DNA of 63,349 nt, counting the filler, from Octopus bimaculoides (Eukaryota): assembly GCF_001194135.2 (NCBI RefSeq). It is 4 parts of 4 records of this genome, joined end to end, with 100 filler letters (N's around TTAATTAATTAA, not from the genome) between each part and the next. Parts side by side here need not be neighbours in the genome. Positions count along the whole stretch, not along the records: positions 42,149 to 54,104 come from NC_068996.1; positions 54,205 to 63,349 come from NC_068986.1; 2 more parts are not named here. One strand, given 5' to 3'. This document shows positions 52,206-63,349 of the stretch, piece by piece. The notes under the pieces were generated by a model. That model did not search any database. It saw nothing but the letters and a program-made list of their open reading frames with translations, and was not told the DNA's origin. The stretch's first letter is position 1, and every line of letters starts with the position of its first letter. The position numbers were made by a program, and so were the translations under genes.

Positions 52206-52281
<76 letters not shown>

Positions 52282-52724
52282 CATATTTATATATATACAT
52301 ACATACACATATACATATATATCTGTGTGAATATGTATCTATATATCAGTTTTTTATGTGTATGAATGCATATATGTAAGTGTGTATATTTGTGTGCGCG
52401 TGTGTATGTATAGAAGAGGCTGTGTGCTCATATATTCGTATTGTCAATTATTTGAGAGTCTGAAAAAATTGTAAAAGTGTTAATATAAGCGCATATTGGC
52501 TGCGAACTACGAAGGAAAATAAAAGCAATTGGAATCACTGAAGGAGTGAATCGCTGCTAGAAATATTAGCCAGATCTCACTACTGGATAAGGTATTCACG
52601 TCTATATACAATCTGAAAAAGGAAAAAAAAATGTTTAATGGTCAAGATTGGAAGACTTTTGATCATAAGTCATTTCTCATCAAGAGTGGATCTGCGGTTA
52701 AAAGAACAGCAGACAAAACAACAA

Positions 52725-53100
52725 CAACAGCAGTAGCAACAACAACAGCAACAACAACAAAAACAGTAACAACAACAGCGATAAACTTATGAGATCATCT
52801 CTATAGTCGCTAAATATGCTATAAATAGCAGCGATATTCCCTCAAATCATTCTCAACCGTCTTGAGGAAAGAAGTACCTATTTGGACATAGAGTCATACT
52901 TGTTCCTCATAAGAACAACAACAAAGAAAGCAGCAGCAGCAGCAGCAGCGGAGGCAGTAGCAACATCAACGACAGCAATAATAGCAGCAGTTGCAGCAGC
53001 AGTAATCACATCAACAGCGGCAATAGTAATAACATTAACAAAAATTCTCATTATCGCCATCATCATCGTCACCACGACCAGCATGATCACCACCACCACC

Positions 53101-53132
<32 letters not shown>

Positions 53133-53225
53133 GAACAGCAGCAGCAGACACAGCAACAGACGTAGCCGCAGTGGCAGCAGGAGCAGCAGGAGCACCACCA
53201 GTAACATCAGCAACACACCAACATA
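52725..53225. repeat. Mosaic trinucleotide low-complexity tracts (CAA/CAG/CAT/CAC)
   Basis: Direct inspection; similar mosaics at 7340-7500, 23790-23915, 27080-27270, 45055-45135, 53880-54100 and 54815-55105. Confidence 0.85.
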
Positions 53226-53464
53226 ATCATATGCGATATCGCATATGTAGAGAAATGATTTTGGAATATGTTGGTTTCTTCCATACGAGGTCACAGATTC
53301 ACACGCGCTTACATACGCTAGAACATACACCGGCACACGTGCACACNNNNNNNNNNNNNNNNNNNNNNNNNNNNNNNNNNNNNNNNNNNNNNNNNNNNNN
53401 NNNNNNNNNNNNNNNNNNNNNNNNNNNNNNNNNNNNNNNNNNNNNNNNNNNNNNNNNNNNNNNN

Positions 53465-53501
<37 letters not shown>

Positions 53502-54204
53502 ATGGACGGACGGTAGACGTGTCGGCTCCATAAGTTTTGCCTTTTTATGTTTTAAAAAGTTTGTTTGTAAAGTTTATTTTTATATAGAAAGTTGTATAAC
53601 AACTTATAGACTCTCTGGTGCAAGTTTTTTGCAACGGAAATCTGCCCTGTGTGGCACATTTCCAGGTTTTAAAAATCCATTTCGGCTTTCTAGCCATTTT
53701 TATTTTGAGACGATGGCATCTTGTAACATATGAAACGTTTCGTGAAACGAACGCTGAATTTTGCAGTGTTTCGTTCGAAAAAGAATTTCCTAGTCTTCCT
53801 TCCTCACAGTTAAACGAGAGAATGGAGAAAAAGAAAAAAGAATTCAAACACACAGATGCAAGTGTTAACTTGAAAGTTAACACCGCCACCACCACCACCA
53901 CCAACAACAAAGACAAAACTGTAACCAAAGTTACAAAACAGAACACAGACGATGTCTCCAAGTATCTGACGTCAACACCATTTCTGCTGACGCCATCATC
54001 ACCACCACCAACAACAACAACGACAACAACAACAACAACAACAACAGCATCAGCAGCAGCAACAGTTCAACTCAACCTTTGCTCTCTTCACCAGCAGCAA
54101 GCGANNNNNNNNNNNNNNNNNNNNNNNNNNNNNNNNNNNNNNNNNNNNTTAATTAATTAANNNNNNNNNNNNNNNNNNNNNNNNNNNNNNNNNNNNNNNN
54201 NNNN

Positions 54205-54276
<72 letters not shown>

Positions 54277-55586
54277 GCATATATATAATATGCATGCATG
54301 TTATATATGTGTGTGTGTGTATTTATCTCTGTATGTGTGTAAACATATATATTATGAATATATGTGTGTGTCTTTATCCCTTGTTTATGCGATTAATTAA
54401 TCCCCCCGATATTCGTGCGCAAATCAAAACCGCTTTAATCAAATTTAATTATCAATTGGCATAATTATAAATAATCCTGAAAAAAGATAGAAAAAATGGA
54501 ATTACTCTTAATTATTTGTTTTTTTTTCTCAGAGAAAAAATTTATCAAGCCATAGTTGAACAGTTTAACTGTTTTCTTCTCTGCATACATTTCGCGATAA
54601 CAACTAATTTTAATATTTAAACCCCGCCAAACGACTATACATCTGTCGACATGAGGTTCCACCTCCATTAATCGTCGTTTGATTCTACTCTGTATCTAGT
54701 AAAAAAAAAAAAAACAACAAAAATCCATCAAATTCTTTCGCTGTCATTTCCTTCGAGACATTTTCCATTTCTTCGCATTATTTCACATTATTCTTATCCC
54801 CATACTCATCCCTCATTACCATGATCATCATCATCATTATCATCATCATCATTTTCATGGTCATGAACATGAAAATGATCATCATCATGGTCAGGATCAT
54901 CATCTTCTTTGTCTTTTTCTTCGTTTTCTTCTTTTCTTTATTGTCGCCATCGTCGTCGTCGTCATCATCATCATCATCATCATCAGCGTCATCTTCTTCT
55001 TCTTCTTCTTCTTCTTCTTCTTCTTCTTCTTCTTCTTCTTCTTCTTCTTCTTCTTCTTCTTCTTCTCCTCCTCCTCCTCCCTCCTCCTCTCCTCTCCCAC
55101 CTCGCTGATGCTCGATTTCAATGAAGTTATCACCACTTAACCATTTTTCAATGTTAAACCAATAAATCACAAAGACTTTCTCGAATGAACATCTTCGATG
55201 CCAAGGACTCGATGTGCATAACACAATTCCCACATCAAACCAAATGCAATCTTACAAATCTCTTTGTATCAACCCACACCCTACAAGCTCATAATTTCTG
55301 CCTCTCCCTACTCTATTCCCCTTTCTCTAAATCTACGTCCCTGACATACCTATACTACATTAAATTATCATTTCACATAGATACCCTTACTAACTAAAAA
55401 CAGTCTGACAAAGGCTACATAAAGTCAAAAATCCCATCTCAAGTATAGCACAGCTTGATGCAGGCGAGTAAGTCGCAACTTCGAAGTGACTATCAACTTG
55501 TTTCTTGTAAATGTTTGATAAAAATGAACTCTAGTAAAAAGTATTCAGTAATCCTTCAGTTTAATTGTTTTTTTTTAATGTATATA

Positions 55587-55999
55587 AGCGTAGGAGTGGC
55601 TGTGTGGTAAGTAGCTTGCTTACCAAGCACATGGTTCCGGGTTCTGTCCCACTGCGTGGCACTTTGGGCAAGTGTCTTCTACTATAGCCTCGGGCCGACC
55701 AAAACCTTGTGAGTGGATTGGTAGACGGAAACTGAAAGAAGCCCGTCGTATATATGTATATATATATATATATGTGTGTGTATGTTTGTGTGTCTATGTT
55801 TGTCCCCTTAGTATTGCTTGACAACCGATGCTGGTGTGTTTATGTCCCCGTAACTTAGCGGTTCGGCAAAAGAGACTGATAGAATAAGTACTAGGCTTCC
55901 AAAGAATAAGTCCTGGGGGTGATTTGCTCAACTAAATGCGGTGCTCCAGCATGGCCGCAGTCAAATGGCTGAAGCAAGTAAAAGAGAGTAAAAGAGAAT
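55587..55999 (+). mobile_element. Full-length SINE family A (tRNA-like head, central microsatellite, LINE-like tail)
   Basis: A-box TGGCTGTGTGG, B-box-like GGTTCTGTCCC, CTTTGGGCAAGTGTCTT body, (TA/TG)n middle, tail GCGGTGCTCCAGCATGGCCGCAGTCAAATGGCTGAAGCAAG(TAAAAGAGAG)x2. Confidence 0.9.
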
Positions 56000-56001
56000 A
56001 T

Positions 56002-56236
56002 TAATCCCTCGACTATCGCGGGTGTGACGTTCCAAAAGCCCCCGTGATAAGGGAAAGTCCGCGAAGTAGAAACAGTACTGCACTGTATATATTGTTTTAT
56101 TATTTTTATAATTTGTATATGTTTTTTTATGGTAAATGTAAAACAACACCACGGAGGAATCGACTGAAGATTAGATAATAAACCGCGATAGGTGAACCGC
56201 GATAGGTGAACCGCGATATGGCGAGGGATTACTGTA
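56002..56236. mobile_element. pogo/Tigger-like MITE
   Basis: Left TAATCCCTCGACTATCGCGG matches the reverse complement of right CCGCGATATGGCGAGGGATTACTG+TA; subterminal AACCGCGATA repeated three times. Confidence 0.75.
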
Positions 56237-57203
56237 TACCTTGACATAAAAATAGGCATTAATACATATTCTGTGACCCCCGTCTGTCATGGTTGACGGC
56301 TCTAGCTGTTCGCCCCAGTGGAGCAGTGTTCTCTGTGGTTGAATCGACCAATGGGCGAATAACAGTCTCTGCCATAAAAGCCGCATTTGTGAGCTGTCCC
56401 GGGGCTTTTTGACTCGTAGTGATTTTTCTGTGGATCTGCCTTTCTTTCGTTGCATTCATCAGTCCCTACAGTGCAAGGCATCCGATAGGGCTCAAACCTA
56501 GGCAATATGCTATGGAGGAGAGGTTGTTGCTCATGCAGAGTGTCCCTACCCTCCAAGTCACTGATGGATGCGTCGCAAGGTTGTTTTGCGGGTGGATGTG
56601 TGTAAATGATGTAACGACATCTCGCGAATAATTAATGGCGATTTTTATTTCACCGCTCCAATAAATTTTCATGTTGGTCATGAATTAGGAATTGCAACAA
56701 CAAAGTCGACACACTGGAAAGGATAATTCTGTAGTTTTTACATGCGTACACACGTGTGAATGTGAGCGTGGATGCATTAAGGCACGCCCAGTGTCGTATT
56801 CGTGCGCATGTGTGCGAGAATACCTGTTATTTGATTGAGGGATTGCTCTTTGAACAGATTCTTACGCAGATAGAATGGTAATTCATGAGAGATCTGTGAC
56901 TAGATGGAGAAAGATAAGACCTAAACGAAAAAATGAAAATATAGCTGGCTGTATGCCACCATTGCAATCACTTACATTCAAACAAACATGAGGGTACATA
57001 CATGCGTACATGCACAAATGCATGCAAACATACATACATACATATATATATATTAGAGATGCTTTTTCACAAGCAGACAATGCAGAATTTTTTTAAAATG
57101 ATATTTTTTCTTTAAAAAAAGTGTCTAAATCTCTTGCATGGTTTGGAACCCTTCTACATTGTTAGGAGATACCTCTATGCCACAATCGTCTCATCCATTA
57201 GCT

Positions 57204-57753
57204 CAGAGGTTCTGAACCGGAACTCACATGACCCTTGGGGTTCGTACATAAAATTTTGCGGTTAACAATTATGTGCATTCATTTGGGTTATACTTCTGCA
57301 GTACACAAAATATGCTAAGAATTTTTTAATGCAAGTCCTAATAATATTTAATTATTGGTTTCAAATTTTGGTACAAGGACAGCAATTTCAGTGAGGTGGG
57401 TAAGTCGATTATATCGACCCCCATTGCTCAACTGCTACTCATTTTATCGACTCTGAAAAGAAGAAAGGTAAAGTTGACCTNNNNNNNNNNNNNNNNNNNN
57501 NNNNNNNNNNNNNNAAGAAGAAAGGTAAAGTTGACATCAGTGTGAATTTGAACTCACTGTACAGAAAGACGAAATACTGCGAAGCATTTTGCTCGGCATG
57601 CTAACGATTCTGCCAGCTCTTCATTTAATAATATTTAATTATTAAAAAAAGTACAATAGAATTTTTTTCAAACATCGAATGGCTGTGCGTGTCGACCCGA
57701 GTACAATTGGAATCAAAGAAGTCCACAGGTAAAAAAATGGTTGAGAACCACTG
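57204..57753. mobile_element. hAT/Charlie-like MITE with decayed 8-bp TSD, interrupted by a SINE B (57355-57622, -)
   Basis: TIRs CAGAGGTTCTGAACC and GGTTGAGAACCACTG (13/15 match); flanks CATTAGCT and CCTTAGCC (6/8, central TA). Confidence 0.7.
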
Positions 57754-57797
57754 CCTTAGCCAATACGATTCGTCTGAGTCGGCCAGCAGGGACTGAA

Positions 57798-58155
57798 TAA
57801 CCGTTGTTTTCCGGCATATGAGGCGCACTTTTCCGAAAATTTTCCCCGAAAAGTCCCTTTGTGCCTTATATGCCGAAGGTCAGGTTTTGGATAGACTTAG
57901 TTAGTGTTATTAATGATGGACAATACTGGTGGCGGTCGAGGTCAGTGGTGATATTTGGTAGTTATAAGGTAAGTATTGTAACTAAACCTACCCACAATAG
58001 CTCGCCAAAGGGTCTCAGTCTAGATGTTCATGGTTCTTGTACATGAAAATGTGTGAAACATACAGCTTGAGGATTCAAAGTTACCTGCAGTTTTTTTTTG
58101 TCGATTGGGGTGCACCTTATACGCCCGTGCGAATTTCATCTCCGAAAATACGGTA
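57798..58155. mobile_element. Tc1/mariner-superfamily (pogo-like) MITE
   Basis: Left CCGTTGTTTTCCGGCATATGAGGCGCAC and right GCACCTTATACGCCCG..CCGAAAATACGG+TA resemble TACCGTATTTTC-type TIRs. Confidence 0.55.
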
Positions 58156-59566
58156 ATCTTCACCTACAGAGAGGTTCCATCTGCGGGATCATACCACCCA
58201 CAACCACCTTGATCTGGTCTAAACTGCCATGGCGATTTCCCCGACGGCATTCTTCTGTTGTTTTTTTTTTTAAATCAATTCGCTGCAGGAAATAAACCGC
58301 TGATTTTGCTGGGGAACTGCATCATTCGACTTCAGTAAGGAATGAGACTGCATACCATCCTTTGACAAAAGCCTATTTAGCCAAATATTAACCTCCCATA
58401 TAACATTCTTCAGTTGGCGAAATATGTCAAGCCTACTCTTCCAGAACACTCAGTTTGGCTATGTTGATTAATGTTGTGTTTCTGCGGAAGTGATGCTTCT
58501 TTGCGGAAAGATGAGTTTTACCTCAGATACATTTGTGTCTCCCAGTCAGAAGCTTGCTGCAAAATAGAAAATAGTCTGCTGTACGTAATATATTCAATCT
58601 CAGGATATATTTTGTGTCGCTAGTAGTTATTTATACATAAAATTCAAAGACAGGCAAAGAAGAGAGTTGTCTGTGACATGGGCCACCACTTGGCGAGCCA
58701 CACCACTAAAAAATTCATAGGCGTGTCTTTCAGGAAGTCCCACGGGCCGCAGATTGTTTATCACTGGTTTAAAACTTTGAAATACCTCCGCCAGGAGAAG
58801 TATAAAGAAAGATGATAATATGTTATACTAGTTATGTACACCGTAGTAATGTATGAAAGCTTGTTATGTACACTCTAGTAAAATATGAAAGCTCTCGAAA
58901 TATCAAGAACACAAATACTCTTAATTTACTATGCAAATAACACAATCAATGTGCTTGAATTTTCTAAATCAACATTAAAAATATAATTTAAATACTAACT
59001 AATGTAAATGAGCTGTTATAGTAATTATATGGATGACTATTTCGTAGTTTATGGCAAATACTCTGTTGTGCAAAGCGATTAACAAGAAGGGCGGTTGGAT
59101 AAAAAAAATATAAAGAATCGGATATATGTACTTGTATGTATGTATGCATGTATATATGTATGTATGTGTGTGTATGTTTGTGTCTGTGTGTGTCTTTCTC
59201 TGAGTGTGACTATGTGGGGTGAGGGTGTATTTATATCTCATTGTATATATTATCATTCTAAACCAATTTTATCAGTTTTATGTACAATCTCGCCAATTAC
59301 TTTGCGTAAAAAAGATATTTTCTATTATCTCTAATTACTATAACAGCAAATTTCTCTAATTTAATTAATAAATTCTATTTTAATGCTGATTTGGAAAATT
59401 CTAACATTGTTGCAAAATGCTAGCATAGCAACTACAAAATATTTGTGTCACTAGATATTTCGACGTCTGTGCTAAAGGTATATATAACATCGCGCTTTTT
59501 ATTTTTTGCTGATGAAGGTATCACACAGTCAAATACTTCAACGTACACTTGACTAACAGAAACACG

Positions 59567-59955
59567 TGTTGGCACACCGTCGCTTACGACGTCGAGGGTT
59601 CCAGTTGATCCGATCAACGGAACAGCCTGCGCGTAAAATTGACGTGCAAGTGGCTGAGCACTCCACAGACACGTGTACCCTTAACCCCTTAACGTAGTTC
59701 TCGGAGATATTCAGCGTGACACAGTGTGACAAGGCTGACCCTTTGAATTACAGGCACAACAGAAACAGGAAGTAAGAGTGAGAGAAAGTTGTGGTGAAAG
59801 AGTACAACAGGGTTCGTCACCATCCCTTGCCGGAGCCTCGTGGAGCTTTTAGGTGTTTTCGCTCAATAAACACTCACAATGCCCGGTCTGGGAATCGAAA
59901 CTGCGATCCTATGACCGCGAGTCTGCTGCCCTAACCACTGAGCCATTGCGCCTCC
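59567..59955 (-). mobile_element. Full-length SINE family D with exact 15-bp TSD and intact Pol III boxes
   Basis: TSD ACTAACAGAAACACG at 59552-59566 and 59956-59970; A-box TGGCTCAGTGG (59945-59935), B-box GTTTCGATTCC (59901-59891). Confidence 0.9.
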
Positions 59956-59992
59956 ACTAACAGAAACACGAATCATATCAGAAAATGAAATA

Positions 59993-60118
59993 TATTGGTT
60001 TCAATTTTTAGCACAAGGTCAGACATTTTTGGGGAATTTGAATTCAGAACGTAAAGAGACGAATTGCTGCTAAAAGCTTTGCCGAGCGTGCTAACGATTC
60101 TGCTAGCTCACCATTTTT
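59993..60118 (-). mobile_element. SINE family B with internal deletion
   Basis: TATTGGTTTCAATTTTTAGCACAAGG is joined directly to GGAATTTGAATTCAGAACG..GCGTGCTAACGATTCTGCTAGCTC. Confidence 0.7.
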
Positions 60119-60349
60119 AGGAAATGGAATATATTAGAGATGTTTTTATTCCAATGTGTGCCTTAGTTTTATTTTCTAGTATCTCTTAGTCATAACTGTA
60201 CTTAAACCACATTGCATTTATATATGTTATCCGCCTAAATCTGGTTACCTTTCACGTTTAGTCATCCCTCTCAACAATTGGTTTGCACACACATACGCAC
60301 GCACACACACCGCACCCGCGCACACGCGCACGCACGAACATATCTTATA

Positions 60350-60762
60350 TTTACTCTTTTACTCATTTACTTGTTTCAGTCATTTGATTGCAGCCATGCT
60401 GGAGCACCGCCTTTAGTCGAGCAAATCGACCCCAGGACTTATTCTTTGGAAGCCTAGTACTTATTCTATCGGTCTCTTTTGCCGAACCGCTAAGTTACGG
60501 GACGTAAACACACCAGCATCGGTTGTCAAGCGATGTTGGGCGGACAAACACAGACACAGAAGCATACACACACACATACACACGTATATACATATATACG
60601 ACGGGATTCTTTCAGTTTCCGTCTACCAAATCCACTCAGAAGACTTTAGTCGGCCCGAGGCTATAGTAGAAGGCACTTGCCCAAAGTGCCACGTAGTAAG
60701 ACTGAACCCGGAACCATGTGGTTGGTAAGCAAGCTACTTACCACAGCCACTCCTGCACCTAT
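60350..60762 (-). mobile_element. Full-length SINE family A
   Basis: Reverse complement is collinear with 55587-55999. Confidence 0.9.
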
Positions 60763-60989
60763 ATCTATATAATGTTACATATAAACTTTAGATTAGTTCA
60801 GTAGTTTGCATCATATCTTAACTTCTAAAGGGAATTTCACTGTAGTTTACTGCGGAGAAAAATGTTCTCCTTTATGGGGCTGATCCAATTCGTTGTGAGG
60901 AAATTTTGCTTCATGTGGAAATTATGTATATAATTATGTGTATAATTTTGGTACATATGGAAATTATGTATATAAATATGTATGGGCAA

Positions 60990-61410
60990 ATATATGTCCC
61001 TGAGTAGATCTAACACTTCCTTGGCCACCAGCTCGGCCTTGGCGTTTCAGTCAGAGCAGTTGGTGTCTTTCTCAACAATCGCCCACACAGTAAAATCCAT
61101 GGGATTACGATCGGAGGAAATTAGGAGGCCGGAAATCGGGGCTGGTGAATTCGTAGAAATTACCCGACAACCAATTCTTCTGGATGTATGGCAAGGAGCC
61201 GGATCTCGCTGCCACAAAAAAATGCTTCACATAGCCGTCTGAACTGAGCAAAAGGCTTTGTTTAATGATGTGGGGCCGCACAGCATTGGAAATACACACA
61301 AAGCCCATCACAGTTTGGGCGAAATTGTTTTTCCTGTTGTCCATGTCATGACTCACAGCTTTCACAGTGTTAATAGAACGTTGAGCAGCAGTCATGGGGT
61401 CAGCATTTTA
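60990..61410 (-). mobile_element. maT/DD37D-like transposase relic
   Basis: KNNFAQTVMGFVCISN..PHIIKQSLLLSSDGYV; QDPAPCHTSRR; WLSGNFYEFTSPDFRPPN; PDRNPMDFTVWAIVEKDTN across frameshifts, like the WPPNSPD.NP.DY.VW..VE motif of DD37D elements. Confidence 0.75.
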
Positions 61411-61656
61411 ATACCCGGCACGAATTATTATCATGTAGGTAATTCTTTCTCAATATTCAGATGGCTTCCATTTTTTTCTCAACTAGAACCTTAATCTTTA
61501 TGGTCTCCAACGCCGTTGACTGTTCACCAATACGTCAAGCTGCTATTGGACAAAGGAGATATAAAATATCATCAAATTTAGCCCGAGCACGCTGTGTATG
61601 TGTCTATGTATAGAAGTGTGTGTATGTCTGAGTGTGTGTGTATGTGTGTGTGTGTC

Positions 61657-61694
<38 letters not shown>

Positions 61695-61697
<3 letters not shown>

Positions 61698-61900
61698 TTT
61701 TGACCCACACCATATTACAGTCGGTGTTGGCTTGTTTGAGTCCCCCGTATATATTGGTTGTTCAGCAGAAGGGGGCGAGTAGAATATGCATCAGGCTTAA
61801 TAAAAAATAAGTACTGGGATAGATTTCTTCGAGGAAACCTTCAAAAGCAGTCCAACAGCAATGGCCGCTATCCAATGAGTGAAACAAGTAAAAAGAAATA
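61695..61900 (+). mobile_element. Diverged family A-related SINE 3' half
   Basis: CAGTCGGTGTTGGCTTGTTTGAGTCCCCCGTA..AATAAGTACTGGGA..ATGGCCGCTATCCAATGAGTGAAACAAGTAAAA. Confidence 0.6.
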
Positions 61901-62042
61901 AATGTGAGAAATGCTCACACACGCGCGCGCGCGCAAATATTTATTCATAATACAAATATAAGTACATGTATGTATAGAAATATATATGAGAGCATATACA
62001 ATACATAATATATATAATAGATATAACATCTCTCTCTCTCTG

Positions 62043-62073
<31 letters not shown>

Positions 62074-62075
62074 GT

Positions 62076-62107
<32 letters not shown>

Positions 62108-62860
62108 ATTTATATACGTATATATATATATATTATATATATACATATACATATATAAATATACACACACACATATATAAATATATACACACACCTGCAT
62201 GCACACACACACACACACACACACTCACGCACACATATATATCAGGGCGAATGTTATTAACTGAGATTAGTGATATGTAAAAAAAATACTNNNNNNNNNN
62301 NNNNNNNNNNNNNNNNNNNNNNNNNNNNNNNNNNNNNNNNNNNNNNNNNNNNNNNNNNNNNNNNNNNNNNNNNNNNNNNNNNNNNNNNNNNNNNNNNNNN
62401 NNNNNNNNNNNNNNNNNNNNNNNNNNNNNNNNNNNNNNNNNNNNNNNNNNNNNNNNNNNNNNNNNNNNNNNNNNNNNNNNNNNNNNNNNNNNNNNNNNNN
62501 NNNNNNNNNNNNNNNNNNNNNNNNNNNNNNNNNNNNNNNNNNNNNNNNNNNNNNNNNNNNNNNNNNNNNNNNNNNNNNNNNNNNNNNNNNNNNNNNNNNN
62601 NNNNNNNNNNNNNNNNNNNNNNNNNNNNNNNNNNNNNNNNNNNNNNNNNNNNNNNNNNNNNNNNNNNNNNNNNNNNNNNNNNNNNNNNNNNNNNNNNNNN
62701 NNNNNNNNNNNNNNNNNNNNNNNNNNNNNNNNNNNNNNNNNNNNNNNNNNNNNNNNNNNNNNNNNNNNNNNNNNNNNNNNNNNNNNNNNNNNNNNNNNNN
62801 NNNNNNNNNNNNNNNNNNNNNNNNNNNNNNNNNNNNNNNNNNNNNNNNNNNNNNNNNNNN

Positions 62861-62897
<37 letters not shown>

Positions 62898-63349
62898 ACA
62901 CACATACAGGTACACATTATTTTATATTGTGCTGCAAAAGTGGAATGAATTGATTGGCATGCGAAAATGTTTGCTTCATTCAGTTGAAGTTTTCAGACAT
63001 GCATCGGTCTTGTTCGACATATAAGTTCGCTATTGATGGCTACCCCAGGGGAACACTAAAGAACAGGCGTCAAACTGTGCTCCTCTGCTCTGACGCATGT
63101 TTTCTGCATCACTTCCCGTTTGTGTGCACATAGATTGCTTCATCGCCGTCACAGACTTATACAAACACATACATACGTACATACATACATAGCAACATGC
63201 ACTTGTACACACAGGCACAGTCAGAACCACAAACGTGCATACACAGACGCCCACGCACATACACATTAGCACGCACATATGCGCACGCATATACACATGC
63301 ATTTGCGCACACACACACACACACACATAAATATATATATAAATATATA

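Noticed and set aside
55587-55670. SINE heads as tRNA genes (also 22266, 59955, 60762)
   Set aside because: A and B boxes are present, but I saw no complete cloverleaf and each continues into a SINE body.
57458-57535. 21-bp direct repeat inside a SINE B
   Set aside because: It flanks a 34-N gap; overlapping contig ends.
58831-58893. Two degenerate 31-bp direct repeats; regular-looking repeats in general as CRISPR arrays
   Set aside because: Only two adjacent units, no unique spacers, eukaryotic context, no cas genes.
59508-59566. CTGATGA..GAAAC hammerhead-like word at the SINE D insertion site (similar words near 44531, 56440 and on the minus strand at 1330-1365 and 1600-1620)
   Set aside because: No stem I pairing or no valid NUH cleavage triplet, even after removing the SINE in silico.
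62990-63140. 44-aa ORF MHRSCSTYKFAIDGYPRGTLKNRRQ.. in a GC-richer unique patch
   Set aside because: Short, with no splice or homology support; it cannot be distinguished from a non-coding island.

Overview
Repeat-dense, gap-rich eukaryotic scaffold with no confidently recognisable host protein-coding exon, rRNA, true tRNA gene or CRISPR array. The SINE families, AT/CA microsatellite load and 44N-TTAATTAATTAA-44N spacers resemble an octopus (coleoid cephalopod) draft assembly; this is inference from recognition, not a search. Almost all long ORFs in the supplied track are artefacts of N-runs or microsatellites. The window holds decayed non-LTR retrotransposons (three R4/Dong-like REL-endonuclease copies, CR1, RTE), several Tc1/mariner, maT, pogo/Tigger and hAT relics or MITEs, and many copies of about four modular tRNA-derived SINE families. 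Main observations: (1) dispersed minimal type-I hammerhead ribozyme motifs of Penelope-like type (27962, 33096, a head-to-head pair in a 331-bp inverted repeat at 42506-42836, degenerate copies at 8818 and 51232). (2) A 2.1-kb ORF1-only L1/Tx1-like element inserted into a SINE head with a 14-bp TSD, whose 5' half was inverted with a 35-bp inverted duplication. (3) A neighbouring mariner relic inverted with the same breakpoint geometry. (4) A 52/54-bp near-perfect hairpin at 21283-21393. (5) Dong-like elements sitting in (TAA)n runs.
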